This document shows positions 26,670 through 40,880 of a DNA stretch of 64,000 nucleotides, piece after piece. The position numbers and the translations under genes were made by a program. The notes below the pieces were generated by a model, which did no database searches, was not told where the DNA came from, and worked only from the letters and a program-made list of their open reading frames with translations. Position 1 is the first letter of the stretch. Each line of letters opens with the position of its first letter. The stretch comes from Octopus bimaculoides (taxonomy: Eukaryota): positions 10,692,678-10,756,677 of the forward strand of contig NC_068990.1 in NCBI RefSeq assembly GCF_001194135.2, in the 5' to 3' direction.

Positions 26670-27079
26670 TATCCACGAAAAAGAACAAAAAACATATACA
26701 ATGGGGTACCGAAGAAAAGGAGGTGAATTCCAGAACAATACTAGGTTTTAGTATTTGCACTATGAGAAACTAGAAGCCATAATCTTTGATTAAATTTATG
26801 ATGGTTGAATGTGATATAAGTAATTATAAAATGTCATCTTTGATTTGTGTTAAGGTATATGACACAGGCATGATATGATATAGAAATTAGGAAGGTTCGT
26901 TTTTCCATTCAATGCGTGTAATCGAAGAAGCTCAGCTGTTAATTTTCGCAGCATTATGTTACTCATTAAATAAGGAGACTACAAGGAGACACCGGTACAA
27001 TAGAGTAGGATTAATATTGTAGAAATAATATTAATAGAAGTGTGGTAAAATAGAGAAGACAACTCGTTAGATGACAGAA

Positions 27080-27450
27080 ACACCATTGATGCTTGATTTA
27101 TACCACATAGACAATGTCCTATCAGACTAGGAAATACAAGTGATGTTTCCATACTAAAAAGCATAAGACGATCGCATGCGAGTTTTATCGGTGTGTTTGA
27201 CAAGAGGATGTATTCAGGAATAATTTTGCAAATCACTTAGACAATAGACATTTTGAGAATGTCGCAAAGAGGAAGAAATATTTGAGCTGTGGTATTTTGT
27301 CTTCGTCATTATTAACGGAAATATGTCAAACATCGCAACGAACCTAGTCTAGTAATCGTTAATTTTACGGAAGCATTCGACTCTGGTAGCCACTCGATAA
27401 TTCATTATTAGCTTAAACTTGCCTGGGTGTAAGAAATAATGCATAGAGAG
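27080..27450 (+). mobile_element. Ancient LINE RT fragment
   Basis: VIVNFTEAFDSGSHSII (27352-27402) resembles LDF.KAFDSV.H. A possible YADD-like LTFANEIVLF lies at 28901-28930. Confidence 0.4.
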
Positions 27451-29659
27451 TGTGTTGTATATAATGGTTTATAAGGTAATGAGTGCAAAACCAAATCTGC
27501 ACAGTATAAAATGTCTGTGGGAATGAAGCTAGCTTGCCACTATCATTTTCATGCATATATCGGCAATGCTTAAAAAGCTATTTTCCCGAAGGTGCCTACA
27601 TATATAGAAAATTCTTTGCTAAATGTTTCATGCTTTACTCTTAAATATAATACAATATGAAATATGTTAATATCAGAGTAATAGTCGTGTTGATAAAGAT
27701 TTTTCTCTGTCGGGCGATTGACACGCACTACACGTATATGCTTTCAGGTAAATTATTGGTGTTAATATTAAAATTTAAAAGGGTTCATCATAGCATTACA
27801 AATCTTATTTCCCAATAGTGGTCCGAATATTATCTTCAAACAGAAAGGGGAAAACAAACAGAAACTACGCTGTATCAATTCTGAACTCATTGGCATCCGT
27901 TAGCCTCCGTCATACCTCTGCAACCAGACTGACATCATGTAAGTGTTATATGTGTGAGAGAAGACAGTGTAATTAGCACGGATCACTATAGTCACCTATG
28001 AAAATTAGACAGGTCGAAATTTCCCCGACCGGTATCCTGGCAATAAGAAACAGGAGAAATAGACATCTCAATGCTATTATGCAAAGAGGCATGAATAATT
28101 CTTTATTAGTCACGCACTGAGCGAATCAAGTTGCATAATCTATGTCCATCAAAGACGAAATGCAGAAAAATTTGGGACATGCAATTAATAATGTGCACAG
28201 TGGTAGTGCAGAGATTGATATTTTAGATGGAATGGCACACATGACTGCAGCATGAGAAAAGCTAACACGGGATTCGGATAGGAGGGAGAACAATTGCGTA
28301 ACTGCAAGCTGGAATCCAATTGTAAAATGTTCCGTGCAATTACCATTACCCTCGCAATTCTACAGATCTGAAGAATCGGAACGTCAGAGCAAATAGATTG
28401 CATTCATATTCAACCACAAGAGACAACTCATACAGTGTTGCAAAATGAGGTCAGGAACATACGTATCCAAAGAATGACAATCATGTAAACTATATTGTTG
28501 TAATGAAAACGACAAGGGAACGTAATGGTTTATATAAGACAGGCTACCGTGCCTCTTCCTAAACCCGCTATAATCCCAATAAAATAATTAACATAATAAA
28601 GGTATTTGGCAGCTTATCCATACAGAAGAAAGAGCAGTGAAATCATTAGCGCATATCGACATTTTTCTCAATCATGTACATCTCGGAAGAAAGAAAGGAG
28701 ATTTGCAATTTTGAAAGCTGCGATATGCTTAGGTGATTCCCTTTTATTGAAAACAATGGGAGAAGGATATTAATATATTGCGTCATAAACTTTGACCGAA
28801 TGCGTGTGCTCCTAGCACATATAGTGATAGATTTATGTATAATTTTATAACTTAAACATATACTTTTGTTATAAGACGATGTAAAGCGTGGCAAGTGGTC
28901 CTTACATTCGCAAATGAGATTGTATTATTCATTCAATGGATTTTAAGTTGATCTGCAAGAAAAATAGGTGAATAAACCGTGATTGCCGTTCAAGAGATTA
29001 ACTGTAGAGTTTTAGGGATTCTATGAGTAAAGGTAGAATGATATATAGGTAGGTCTTGTTAAACATGTAATTACAGCAAAAGACAAAGAATAAAACCTGG
29101 TCGCCTATTTGTTCCTTTTCGAACAATTTTGGCGAATTATACACTCTTAAGGAGATGACCTGCATTTCTTTCAATTGTTCTTAATACTCTGGGTGTGCTT
29201 CTTTATCCGAACAGAACCCTTTTTCTAACACAAAAGGTGATAACGTACCTCTATGATCTGATAAAGTTCAAGTCACCGAAAAAGTTCATCCGTGATTGAG
29301 AGGCTTAATAATGTAGTATAAGTATTAACTTTGAAAGTATATGTGTCTCATTAAACATACTAAAACATGCTGAAATGCCTTACTATGTAAAGTATTGAAA
29401 CTGTGCCTCAATCATGAAGACGTACTTGGGAATCTTGCATTGCAATCATGAAAGTTTCGAGTTGAACTATTCCGTAACACCTCAACGAATATATTTTAAA
29501 CTATCTTCTGCTTTATCAGAGCTTTGTGAGTGAACAACTGGAGACGGAATATGTGTGAGAGCTCAGTAGAGAGACTGTGTCTGTAGTTAAAATATCATCA
29601 CTTACGGATTGAGCATCAGAATTCGAATATCTGTTTAAAAATCTATGTACTTCAAAAGA

Positions 29660-31180
29660 TCGGGCGAAATTTGGTAAATCGAACAACTACATCCCTTTCT
29701 GCAAGCATAAACCATGGCTGAAGGATTACCACTGAACGACCTAATAATGGCAGCCCTACAAATCTACAGTTTCCACAGGTCTATGGCACATACTGCATGG
29801 AAAAATAAACACGAATTGTTATGCTCTTGTTTATAACACTAGGAAGACGTTGCCTCACACAGCTCTTACCGCTCTATCACTGGGTTTTGAACTATCTTCG
29901 TGACCATTCAGATATTTATACTATGTCTCCTGGTCTGGGAAAGACCTTTGATAATGTGGAGCATGGTATGATAAGTCACAAGGCGCGAGATTTTGGCACA
30001 ACATGTTAAATGTGAGCGAGGCTGCATGGCTTTCTAATTAACAGAACTTCGGCAGATGCAGTGAAGGGAACCGTCTCTGAGGAAGCACAAATTGTGTGTG
30101 GCATCCTCTAGGGCCTTATTCATTACCGTTTATAATAGCTCCTGCATATATGCTTAAGGTCACCTGTAGATCCACTTTCACCAGCTACGTCGACGAGACA
30201 AAATTATTATCAAACGATGTCGCAAGTTTGCAGCGGGACCCAATTGCAATACGCAAGAGGGCTGAAGAAAACAACATACAAATAAATGTTGGACAAGTTC
30301 AAGCACTGCACTATCAACTTATAAGTGCACCGCAACCTCAACATATACGCCTAGAAATTACTACAATCCTAGAGTCACAGACAGTCTGAAATATAGAGAT
30401 CATTATGTGTAGTGATACACCAATTCAAATGCATATTACTAGGATGGCAACAAAGTGCAGACAACTCGCAGGATGGATGCTAAGATCCCTCAAGACAGGA
30501 GACTAAGAAGTCATGTTGACTCTGTTGAGGATTTTTGTTCTGAGACATTTGGACCACTGCTCTCAGCTATGGACAACATATAGCGTCCAAGTAACCGCGG
30601 ATTTTGAAGCAGTCCAACGTGACTGCACTAAAAGGATTGTAACAGTACAGTAGCTGGGCGACAGGGAGAGGCTGAAAATAAATACAACTTAACTCGCCCG
30701 ATCGAAAATGCGACAGATATGTGATAAGCTACACCTGGAAAATTAATAACTAATTTCTGCATCTTGTTTTATACAATTGCCAGAACTGGATGCTAGTGCA
30801 TTGTACTAAGTGTATAACCTAGCCCATGTAAATTAAAAACCAGCTCCTGTAACAGCTTAGTTTCAAAGAACCACGGATCATCAATGCCCTGCCGTAAAAA
30901 CTTTAGGATAACTGCACGATGTGGACGTGCAGGTCTACAACACCGGACTCGATATTTTTCTATACACGATACCACATAAACCAACCACCGGACATGAGGT
31001 ACGGACTAGGACGGCAGTGTCAAAATGCATCATACGCCAAATGGGCTAACAAGCAATGGAAAAGTACATGCAGAAGTGATGATATGAAGTCTCCAAAACC
31101 TGAAGAAATCAGCCAACGAAGAATATGTAAAAGTACAAATTCTAGGTGGTGCTAGAGCCAGCCCGGAGTTGTAAGGCTAA
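29660..31180 (+). mobile_element. CR1-like LINE, decayed RT domain and 3' end
   Basis: GRRCLTQLL..YHWVL, GKTFDNVEHGMISHK, SYVDETKL (YADD-equivalent), LQRD..AEENNIQIN, LDHCSQLW, FKEPRIINALP..LR, in CR1 order. Confidence 0.8.
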
Positions 31181-31449
31181 AACAAAGAGAATGATGAAAT
31201 ATTCTCCCTTTCTCTCGATTACTCTGCCTGTCGATCTGTCCCTCTCTCTCTCATATATCTCTTTGCACGTGTACATGTGAATGCGTTTTCTCAATATGTA
31301 GTCATATATAAAGATGTCTGAAATCATCTATTTACATATATGCATATATATATATGAATACATATATATNNNNNNNNNNNNNNNNNNNNNNNNNNNNNNN
31401 NNNNNNNNNNNNNNNNNNNNNNNNNNNNNNNNNNNNNNNNNNNNNNNNN

Positions 31450-31480
<31 letters not shown>

Positions 31481-32153
31481 CACACACATACATACATGCA
31501 TACATACATACATAGATACAAACATACATACAAACATATGCATATACGCATGTACACATATGTGTTTGCGTGTCTATACAAGAGATAGAGAGAGTATGTA
31601 TATATAAGTGTATATATATTGATACGTGTGCCAACATCTTTTGTTGGTTCTGATACAGTAATAAATTATATCCACATTTGATGCGATTGCTCCCTTCCGT
31701 TTCCCGTCCTCCCTCTGTCTTTCGAATATCTGTCCGTTTTCTTTTGTTCCTTCGTTTTTCTACATTCCTCTCTTTCTTGTACAATATCAAATCTCTGTCA
31801 CCACTTCATCTCGCTCAACATAGAGATGCTTTGTATATATACAATCACACACACACACACACATACACAGACTCATATGTATGTATATATATATTTATTT
31901 GTATAAATTTGCTTTGATGTGTCAAATTCCTGGAAGTTGAAACGAACCAACCAACTGTTCAAAATTCATTGCATCATTTGCCAGAAAAACCTTTGTGCGA
32001 ATATTTCAAATTTATAACTTAATGATGAGATGAAAGTAGTTGTGTAAATTGTGAATTTCCTCATCACACAATTTGCTTTTACTCATACGCAATTTCATGC
32101 CACTCAAGAAGAATTGAATAGCGTTGATATTCATACCTACGACACACACACAC

Positions 32154-32187
<34 letters not shown>

Positions 32188-32446
32188 NNNNNNNNNNNNN
32201 NNNNNNNNNNNNNNNNNNNNNNNNNNNNNNNNNNNNNNNNNNNNNNNNNNNNNNNNNNNNNNNNNNNNNNNNNNNNNNNNNNNNNNNNNNNNNNNNNNNN
32301 NNNNNNNNNNNNNNNNNNNNNNNNNNNNNNTATATATATGTGTGTGTGTGTGTGTGTATGTGTGTGTGTGTGTGTGTGTGTGCATACATACATTCGCACA
32401 CATATACATGTAATTGTGTATATCTGTATTTAGGTGATTATTTATG

Positions 32447-32490
<44 letters not shown>

Positions 32491-33487
32491 CATACATACA
32501 CACATATGTATATACGCGTATGCTGAGGGAGGCATCTAAGGTACATTGAATTTAAATAGAAATAGTATGCAATTATAAAGTATGATACTTATATACAACA
32601 TATTGTATTTTAATATGAACACACACACACAAACAGATGTATATTTACTTACACATGTGTATACATATAAATAAAAACGAACAATTACATATATATGCAT
32701 ATATATATATATATATACATATATATGTACACATACATACATTCATACATACATGCATACATACATACATACATACATACATACATACATACATACATAC
32801 ATACCTACAGATATCTTTGGTGACAAGAAATGAAACCTATTTTGTTATGATTTTTATTATTGAAATTTTGAGAACCTATTTTTAATTTTACTATACATGT
32901 TTGACGCAGTCTCTATTATAACTAGTAGCTATTGCAGTGTTGTTTGCGTTGGTGGATGTGGTTTTGATAATGCAATTGCTTTTGAAACGTATAGTGGCTT
33001 AGATTGCTTCGATTGTGGTTTGTCACAGTAAGCTCTGTATATCGTAATGGGTGTCCACAATGAACCACTCTGTATTGAATTACATAAACATTTCTTTTCT
33101 CCAGCAATCTATGAAGATTAGTTCCGAATGCCGAATATTTTTTGGATAAAGCTGATTCTTACTTTATATCAAATGTCTTTTTTTTTTCAGTAATTCTGTT
33201 GATGGTTTCAATTGATGCCTGCATAATGTTCATACATATTTTATTTTATCGTCCAATTCAATTAATTTTGCAGTCAAATATTATTATAATTCGAATGTAT
33301 TATTGAAAAGAGTTATGTTATTATATAAATTACCATAATATCACATATTTTATTTCTATATTTAATTACAATGACCCAGTAATATTTCACGCTAACAATG
33401 TATTTCTCATGCAGATATTAAGTGCAGCATAGTTAGGCATTTCTTGCACACGTGAAGTGTGTGTACTACAATATTATTCACATTGTT

Positions 33488-33670
33488 AAGGTAGCAGGCT
33501 GACAGAAATTTTAAGCTTAGTGGCATTTCGCCCATCCTTATGATGAGAGTTCAAATTCCACAGCGGTCGAATTTGCTTTCCCTCATTTTGTGGTCGATAA
33601 GGTAAGTTCTCAACTTACTCCTTCCCACATAATTGCTAGCCTAGTGCCATAATTTGAAACCAATATTATT
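33488..33670 (+). mobile_element. SINE family A copy (degenerate)
   Basis: gagttcaaattcc B-box, gtggtcgataa core, aattgctagcctagtgccataatttgaaaccaat tail. Confidence 0.7.
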
Positions 33671-34149
33671 CACATGGTAGTTTTGTATCATTTTGAGAGG
33701 AACTTTTTACCTGTAATACATCCACTTTTCACTTATTTTATTATTATTAATTAAGTAGTTGACTATGTAACCAATTAAATATTTGATCAGAATCAGGTAA
33801 ACTAAATAGAATGTTGATGTATTTGCTTTAGAATATGTGTATACATCGCACATGATCTAAACTGGTTCTTATGAATAATTTATAAATAAAATCGTGTTTA
33901 TTATGATAAAATATATCAATTTGTTAGTAACCTAGAGTCTTAGTATTGAGGATATTTGTACACAATATATGATGGATTGCCATTCATAAATCATCTGTCT
34001 ATATTCATATAGTAATATTTATTGGATAAATTTAGGTTTCAAACAGAAAATTTGTAGTCAAACAGAGAATCCGATAGGGACGCGTTTTTTTTTTTCAGAT
34101 ATTTTCCTTATACCTCAGCATATTTTGATTGCTAATTACTCCGGATATA

Positions 34150-34330
34150 AATTTTGTAGCATTCTTTCCAATTTTACATTCTGAGTTGAAGTTCTGCCCA
34201 TGTCAACTTTGTTTCTACCCTCTGGTGTCGATAAAATAATTATCTGTTGAGTTCTGAGGTTGACGAAAACGACCTCTTCCATCACCTCGACATCGATAGC
34301 CTTGTGCCAGAATTAGAAAGAATTATATTA
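34150..34330 (+). mobile_element. SINE family A copy (degenerate)
   Basis: ttctgagttgaagttc...ggtgtcgataaaat...gccttgtgccagaattagaaag. Confidence 0.6.
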
Positions 34331-35934
34331 GCTTCTAATAATTTTAGAATCTATAATTAGAGAGCACTCAATGTGTTTCTGGTAATTAATGCATGTCAGG
34401 CTCTAAATAACCATCTTTTAATATTGGCGAATATGGCATTCTGCAAACATAACTGTTCATCACATTCATAAGAATGTCTGCTTCTCATCTCATTTACGAG
34501 TATAGTTTTAGCGAGTACATTATGATTCTGCATTGATTGTGAATTTGATCTTTTCTCCATCTAAGGTTGATGATTGCGAAATTCCAATAGACGCTTCTAG
34601 CACTCTCACTAAAGCGTTAAATTATGCTATTTTGTTAAATATCCATCGGTGTGTAAACATAATTCACCTGTTATCAACAAGATAAATTATGGTACAACCT
34701 AAGTTAACATGCTTTCCAGATCTTGTTTATTTTATCATAAACTCGATTATTTCAATTTTGAACAATTCTTGAAATCTCTTCATTGTTATTCTATGATTTC
34801 GCTTGATGATTTTTAAAATGTTCAATGGTCGTACTCTAAATGTTATCTAGGCATCTATTCCAACGTCGATACTTCTCCATACTCCTTCTCCTCGAATAAT
34901 CTATAAGTTATTCACCACATAGTATATAATGCCTTCATCGGTATAAGTAGTGAGGTAAATGAAATAACAAATATGCATTATGCGAGAAAATGACAAAACG
35001 GATGTAATGCGTCTTTCAAAGGAACACTTTGTTAGGTCTGGCCTGCGAGAAAATTACAACTTTTCAGATATAATTTATGTTGTTAGTGATGTTGATGTGC
35101 TGGTACATTTAGTAACATTAGCTACTTTTTCCGAAGATTTCTTTTTGATAACAGGTGAATTATTTTAGTTCAAAAGAGCATTCCTGATTTACATACCGAT
35201 GAATTCTATGCAATTTAGCATGTAAGAATGCCCTTAGGATTCATTTTCACTTACGACAACCTCATTAAAATCAGATTATATGTCTGATATTTTTTTTTTA
35301 TTTCCTCTGTTCGGGAGTTTGGTTTTCTGTATTTTCCTTGCCGATCTAATTAAGGACTGCGAGTTATATTTTATATATGTTTTATTAGTATTTTGGTTTG
35401 CTGAGAATATTTTATCCCATTTAAGATTTTCTATAAGAACAGATAGGAGCAATTATCAATCCTTCTGTGGTGGATAGCTAGATTATCTGATTAAATTTGA
35501 AGATATGGATGAATGCATCTACTAACGGTGTAGTGACGAATGTTGCTATGTATGAATATTGTAAGCTCAACAGTCCGTTTTATATTTCTAAATATTTCGT
35601 ATGATGCATGAAAGTAAATTGATTTCAACTGTACATCTATCTCTCGTTTAATTACAGTAGGTTTCTAAGCGTCTGATTTAGGTGTTTTTACTTTAGATAG
35701 ATGTCAATTACTTATTTTATTTTCATGTTTCCATTTTTCTGGTTACATAGCAGATTTATTTTTCGATTTTCGCTTCCTTTTAAAATCTGTTCATTTTTTT
35801 TTTGTCATTATGCATTGTTTTCCCCTATATACCGCATCTCGATGTCCGTAATATTTCTCTTCTAAAACCTGACCTTGTAGTTTCGGGAAATAATATATTC
35901 ATGTTGATTATGTATCAATATCATGAATAACGTA

Positions 35935-36213
35935 GGGCATATGGCGTAGTGGTTAAGAACGCGGGCTACTAATCCCAAGATTCCGAGTTCGATTTCAGGC
36001 AGTGACCTGAATAATAATAATAATAATAATAATAGCATAATCGAAAAATACCTTTGGAATTAGAACCCAGGTTCGAAATGTGCCCAAGACACCCGATGAA
36101 GGCTGGAGGGTATATCAGCCGAAACGTTTTTTTAACAACAAACAAGATGAGGAGAAATATCCGTCAAATGTAAATAATGTACATAATTCTTCATCTCTTA
36201 ATTATAGAACTGT
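35935..36213 (+). mobile_element. Composite SINE: tRNA-like head + (AAT)n + hammerhead-bearing tail
   Basis: A-box TGGCGTAGTGG (35942-35952), anticodon-like loop ctactaa and B-box GTTCGATTTC (35987-35996). Then (AAT)n at 36010-36033 and a hammerhead motif at 36088-36130. Confidence 0.75.
36088..36133 (+). ncRNA. Minimal type I hammerhead ribozyme motif, mutated in this copy
   Basis: gacac-CCGATGA (36093-36099; U4 replaced by C)-a-GGCTG(10 nt)CAGCC-GAAAC-GTT with palindromic AACGTT stem III. The 3' strand of stem I is degraded to ttttt. Confidence 0.65.
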
Positions 36214-39200
36214 ATATATTCTTGTTGTGGATCAAGGAGTATACTTGAAGAATTTCTCAATTTGTAATCTATATGATCTCTATAGCCAAATATATAACTT
36301 TGTATTGCATGTAAATATCATGCTTGTTTATTCTACAACCCCCAAGAGAATTTCGTACAGCAAGACGTAATTTCTTAATGATATAATGAAGTTGGTTTCA
36401 GTCCTCCTCCAAAACATCTTTTCCTCGAAACAAAATTATTCTTTCACAGTTATGATGTACCTATAACAAATAAACTAGGGAGAGGACTGGTTTTAAACAT
36501 CTACGTGTTTTGCGTAATGATACATTGAAGTCAGTATTAATACCATACGAGCACCCAAACTTTCAATTCGTAGTCAGACATCCGTCTAACATTTGAGGCG
36601 GGAAAAATTCTATTTCTATAACAAATCTATAATATTACCCTACAGATGTGCATCAGTCTAGAATTTAAATGTAGGCACCAGAATCAAAGATTTTTGTTAG
36701 ATTTGAAGACGTTCGTTAACTTTGTTTCTAAAAGAAGAACATGGAATCGTTGATTTAGAGTTGTATTTGATCAATGAGTTGAAAATGCACCTCGTTAAGT
36801 TTTAATAAGAAGAAATGTCATAACCATTCGCCAGAGTTCAAAGACTGCCAAATAATATTTGAAGTTTCCAAGAAAAATGTTAATGTTCTTACTTTGATCC
36901 TTTGATCTCATGACTCATTTCTATGGATAAAATTCAATTGAATATTTGAAGAAAGTTGTTTGCTGTGATTTTATATTCTTGGCAGTGAGGTGACTGTGTG
37001 TGGGGGTGACAAACAGAAATATTCATAAAATTTACAAATAGTAAATTAATTCTACCGTTCGATAATTTATCTCATTCTATATCTTTCACAGCAGGTCCCC
37101 CTCTGTGAATTTATGACTAAAATCTCAGACACACATTCGAAGATACAAATATTCAAATATACACAAATTTTATAAATCTTAGTCCGCCAAAACAAGGTCA
37201 AACTTTAGATCAGTATACGAATTTTGAATAATTTTCCAGAAATTTTGACCGCATTATTGTTCTTCGGCTTTATTTACTAATGACATGATTGGTTGGTTTC
37301 ATTTCCTGTCTTATGGGATTGCTTAAAGGTTAGCATACATATGAACTATTTGAAGTAAAATGTGTTGCTGAATGGGCTATTTGTAGTAATATTTTGGTTA
37401 AATGTTATTGTAAAGTAAAAAAACAAAGCATAGCAAATATAAAGCATGCTTTATATTTCAGTATAGTATTCAATTTTTCACAATTCTTAGAGGACATATA
37501 TTTTTGGCAAAGGGATGAAGTGAATTCTATCCACAGTTGTACTAGAAATATACTTATCGTAAAAAAAATGTATGTTCACATCAATCTATCGTAATTCATT
37601 GATTACAATGTGCATTTCAAATATATATATACATAGAGAAGCATTTCAGAATTAACTGCAATACTTCGTCATTGAAAAATAGTGAAGGAGACTGATATGT
37701 GATAATAATCAGTGATCGCTGTGGACAGTTAGAAAAAGTGTTTCAACATCATGAGTACTCCTCGTTAAAAAACACTCCTGACGCTCTGCATAAATATTAT
37801 ACACATCGATATTAAAATTTAACAATTTCAGACTCGTATTCTGATTTACTTTTCCCGAGTACTTTTCTCACGAATTCGTTAATATTTTGTTCATAATTTC
37901 TATATAGCAAAGAATGCTTTTCGGCATGGTTTAGAACGTTTGCGGATGTCTGTAATTTAATAGCCTAATGAGATCGAAACAATGAGTCGGACGATCGACT
38001 GACGACAGTTTAAGCGTGCTTAACGGTTTTTATACACAAGTCCTTTTGACAAGTTTCTCTGAAACAAAGTATTATATCTAATACCGCTCTATATATATGT
38101 AAGGTTGTACGTTTTATGCAAATAGCTGCTTTCATCTAATAGTGTTTCTTCTTCGTATATTGAGTTAATATATTCATATTTCATATTAGCACAACACTGA
38201 TTTCAGGCCGCACTTTGTACATGTAATATTATTTTCATGAAAGCAAAACTGAAATCAACATCTTTAATATTGGAAAAAAATGATAATGCTGCAGATACAG
38301 GTTGATATAATGCTACAACCACGACTACAATTATAAAATGTGAAATCGACAATTTGAAGTGAAAACAAGCTGAGGTATACAACATTACATGAACATGTAG
38401 TTCAACCGATTCTGTTATAGAAGCATTTTCTTGGAAAGTGCGTCTGATTGCGTGATACGGACATATGTAGGAATTATATCATGGCTGTTTCGATCGTTGT
38501 ATTTAGTAACACAGCATGAGTGATTACACGTTGGTTTGCTTGTTGATTTGCAATACGGAATGTTTCAGGCAACACGAAATTGCTGCTAAGAAACAATGCA
38601 TAATAAAGTTAATTATGACAAAACAGAAAAGACATTGGAAAACTTCAACAAACTAACATGAACTAACTGAAAATCTGAAGTCAGGAAGAATTTATCAAAC
38701 ACAACCGGTTTTCCTGTTAATGTGTTTCGAAATTTTTGCTCGTCAATTATTTACAGCCTTTAGTTTTTGGTTTCATTCTCATTCCACTAAATAGTTAACT
38801 TCATTACTAACAAAAGAGCAACGCACGAAATATTATGCTGTTCTTTTACCTCTTATACGTTCAAGTTTCTTTCTTCTCTTTTTTTTCCACTTCCAACCAC
38901 TGAAGTTACTATGTTTTTTTTTTTCTGAAAATTAAATAGAAAATAAAATTTGTTTAGCTTGACTGGAAACCAGTTCTCGCATCCTTAATGAGCGAACTGG
39001 AATCGAGGAAATGGAATATTCTACTTAACACCTGTCATACCATTTTAATTGGATACCAAGACAGCTGAGTTAATTATACTTCTAGTTAAAAATGTCAAAA
39101 TATTTTCATTTACAATATATGTTTCCGTTGTTGACCTTTTACATCTGCTTGGCCCCTACTTTAAAAGTATTGTAGAAATAAATTTTTTAATGCTAGTATA

Positions 39201-40127
39201 ATACTGCAATAAATCATATTGATTTTTTTTTTTAACTCTGGGAAAAAAAGCCACTGTATATAGTCTTGGAACGTAGTCAAATGAATTTATGTCAGTACAT
39301 TGCTATCAATATTCTATAGACTGAAATAATTAACAGCAATGCTAATCCGTATAAATTTCATATAACGTGAAATATCTAAATAGAGCAACGGCTGTCTAGA
39401 ATTTTGTTGTTCACCACTATTCTGCTATAAATATTTTGTCAATATTTGGAACAATAGATTTTAACTTTACATGGGTATTTTGTGCTCCAGATTAAAACTA
39501 TTTCACTGAAATAAGATCTGAATATATTGTAGGTTAATATCAAGTTTACAAAGTTCACTATACATGGAAAGCAGGTTTGCTACACTGGCCTTGTAGGAAA
39601 GTCCTGCAATATGAGAAAAATATACATGTGAATATAAATCGTCACAGTTAAGGCAAGTATTCTTATTGGAAACAGATCTACGTAACTATCAAATAGCCAT
39701 CTTGCGTAAGAAAAACTTGTAATGGAGTAACAGTCATCTGGTTTCAAAATCTACTTGAATCTAGCATTGTTTATTATAAGTTGCATATTCAGTTATGATA
39801 GTAAACTAACAAATATTAATGTTAAAAAATATTATGCAATTGTCTTCCAGTTTTCGATCTAATTTAGCTATCACTTTCTCGTTATTGATAATACATTTAT
39901 TTTCCTCAGTAACCACATATCCCTAACAATTTTGATACCTGGCTAACTTATCATGTTTTAAATCTTTAGTTCAGTTCTAGTACCCACGATGAAAGCAATA
40001 TGATTCATTTCATATTCTGTTCATGTCTACTATTTATGTTGTGTTCACACTGTATCTTTATCTTTTACTTGCGCCACTCATTACGCATGGTAGATTAGTA
40101 GCGTGAAGGATTCAATGGAACAAATCG

Positions 40128-40260
40128 ATCCCCGTGACTTATGCTTAGTTCTTATTGCATTGGTCACCTTTACGGTATCGCTAAGTTACAGGAACGTAAA
40201 CAAAACATCACCAGTTGTGAAGTAGCGGTAGGGGACAAACACATCACAAATCAAATACAC
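40128..40260 (-). mobile_element. SINE family C 3'/middle fragment
   Basis: gctaagttacaggaacgtaaac...gcggtaggggacaaacac matches 54340-54420. Confidence 0.6.
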
Positions 40261-40810
40261 ACACCTACATACATACACATATGCGTGTGTAAACTNNNNN
40301 NNNNNNNNNNNNNNNNNNNNNNNNNNNNNNNNNNNNNNNNNNNNNNNNNNNNNNNNNNNNNNNNNNNNNNNNNNNNNNNNNNNNNNNNNNNNNNNNNNNN
40401 NNNNNNNNNNNNNNNNNNNNNNNNNNNNNNNNNNNNNNNNNNNNNNNNNNNNNNNNNNNNNNNNNNNNNNNNNNNNNNNNNNNNNNNNNNNNNNNNNNNN
40501 NATATATATATATATATATATAAATATATAATTGCAATAATAATAAAAGGGTAAAATCAATTAATTAATTAATAATTAAAATTTTACCAAGTAGTTCCTT
40601 ACGTTAAAATAACCGTTTTAGGTAAAATTATACAAATATTCTATAATTATAAACATAATTATAATCAGGAGTCAGGTAATTGCTTCGCCACGCATCGAAT
40701 TAGAAATAAGAGTTAAATGCCTTTTCTACTCAAATAAAGATCTTCCAGACAGTAACACACTTTTTTACGTCCGCAAAAAGAAACAATAACGAATCCACTT
40801 GAGTCAAAGT

Positions 40811-40880
40811 TGCTGCATACGCGTTTCGAGATAAAAGTAAAGTTATATTGACTTACTTATTTCGCATCTTCAGTGCAGCA
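40811..40880 (-). ncRNA. Apparently intact minimal type I hammerhead ribozyme
   Basis: Minus strand: TGCTGCA-CTGAAGA-t-gcgaaataagtaag...ctttacttttatctc-GAAAC-GC-GTA^TGCAGCA. It has a perfect 7-bp stem I, canonical CUGAAGA and GAAA cores, a palindromic ACGCGT stem III and a GUA cleavage triplet. Confidence 0.8.

Noticed and set aside
35068-35154. 87-nt symmetric plus-strand exon candidate; also 27844-27938 and 57457-57478
   Set aside because: Only isolated splice-like signals with no recognisable peptide. Expected by chance at this base composition.
35935-36005. Genuine tRNA gene (also 58715-58792)
   Set aside because: The acceptor stem and T-arm are not fully paired and the segment continues into a repeat body, so it was called a SINE head instead.
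38715-38760. TTGACGAG...CGAAAC on the minus strand
   Set aside because: Weak stem II and no cleavage triplet; likely chance.
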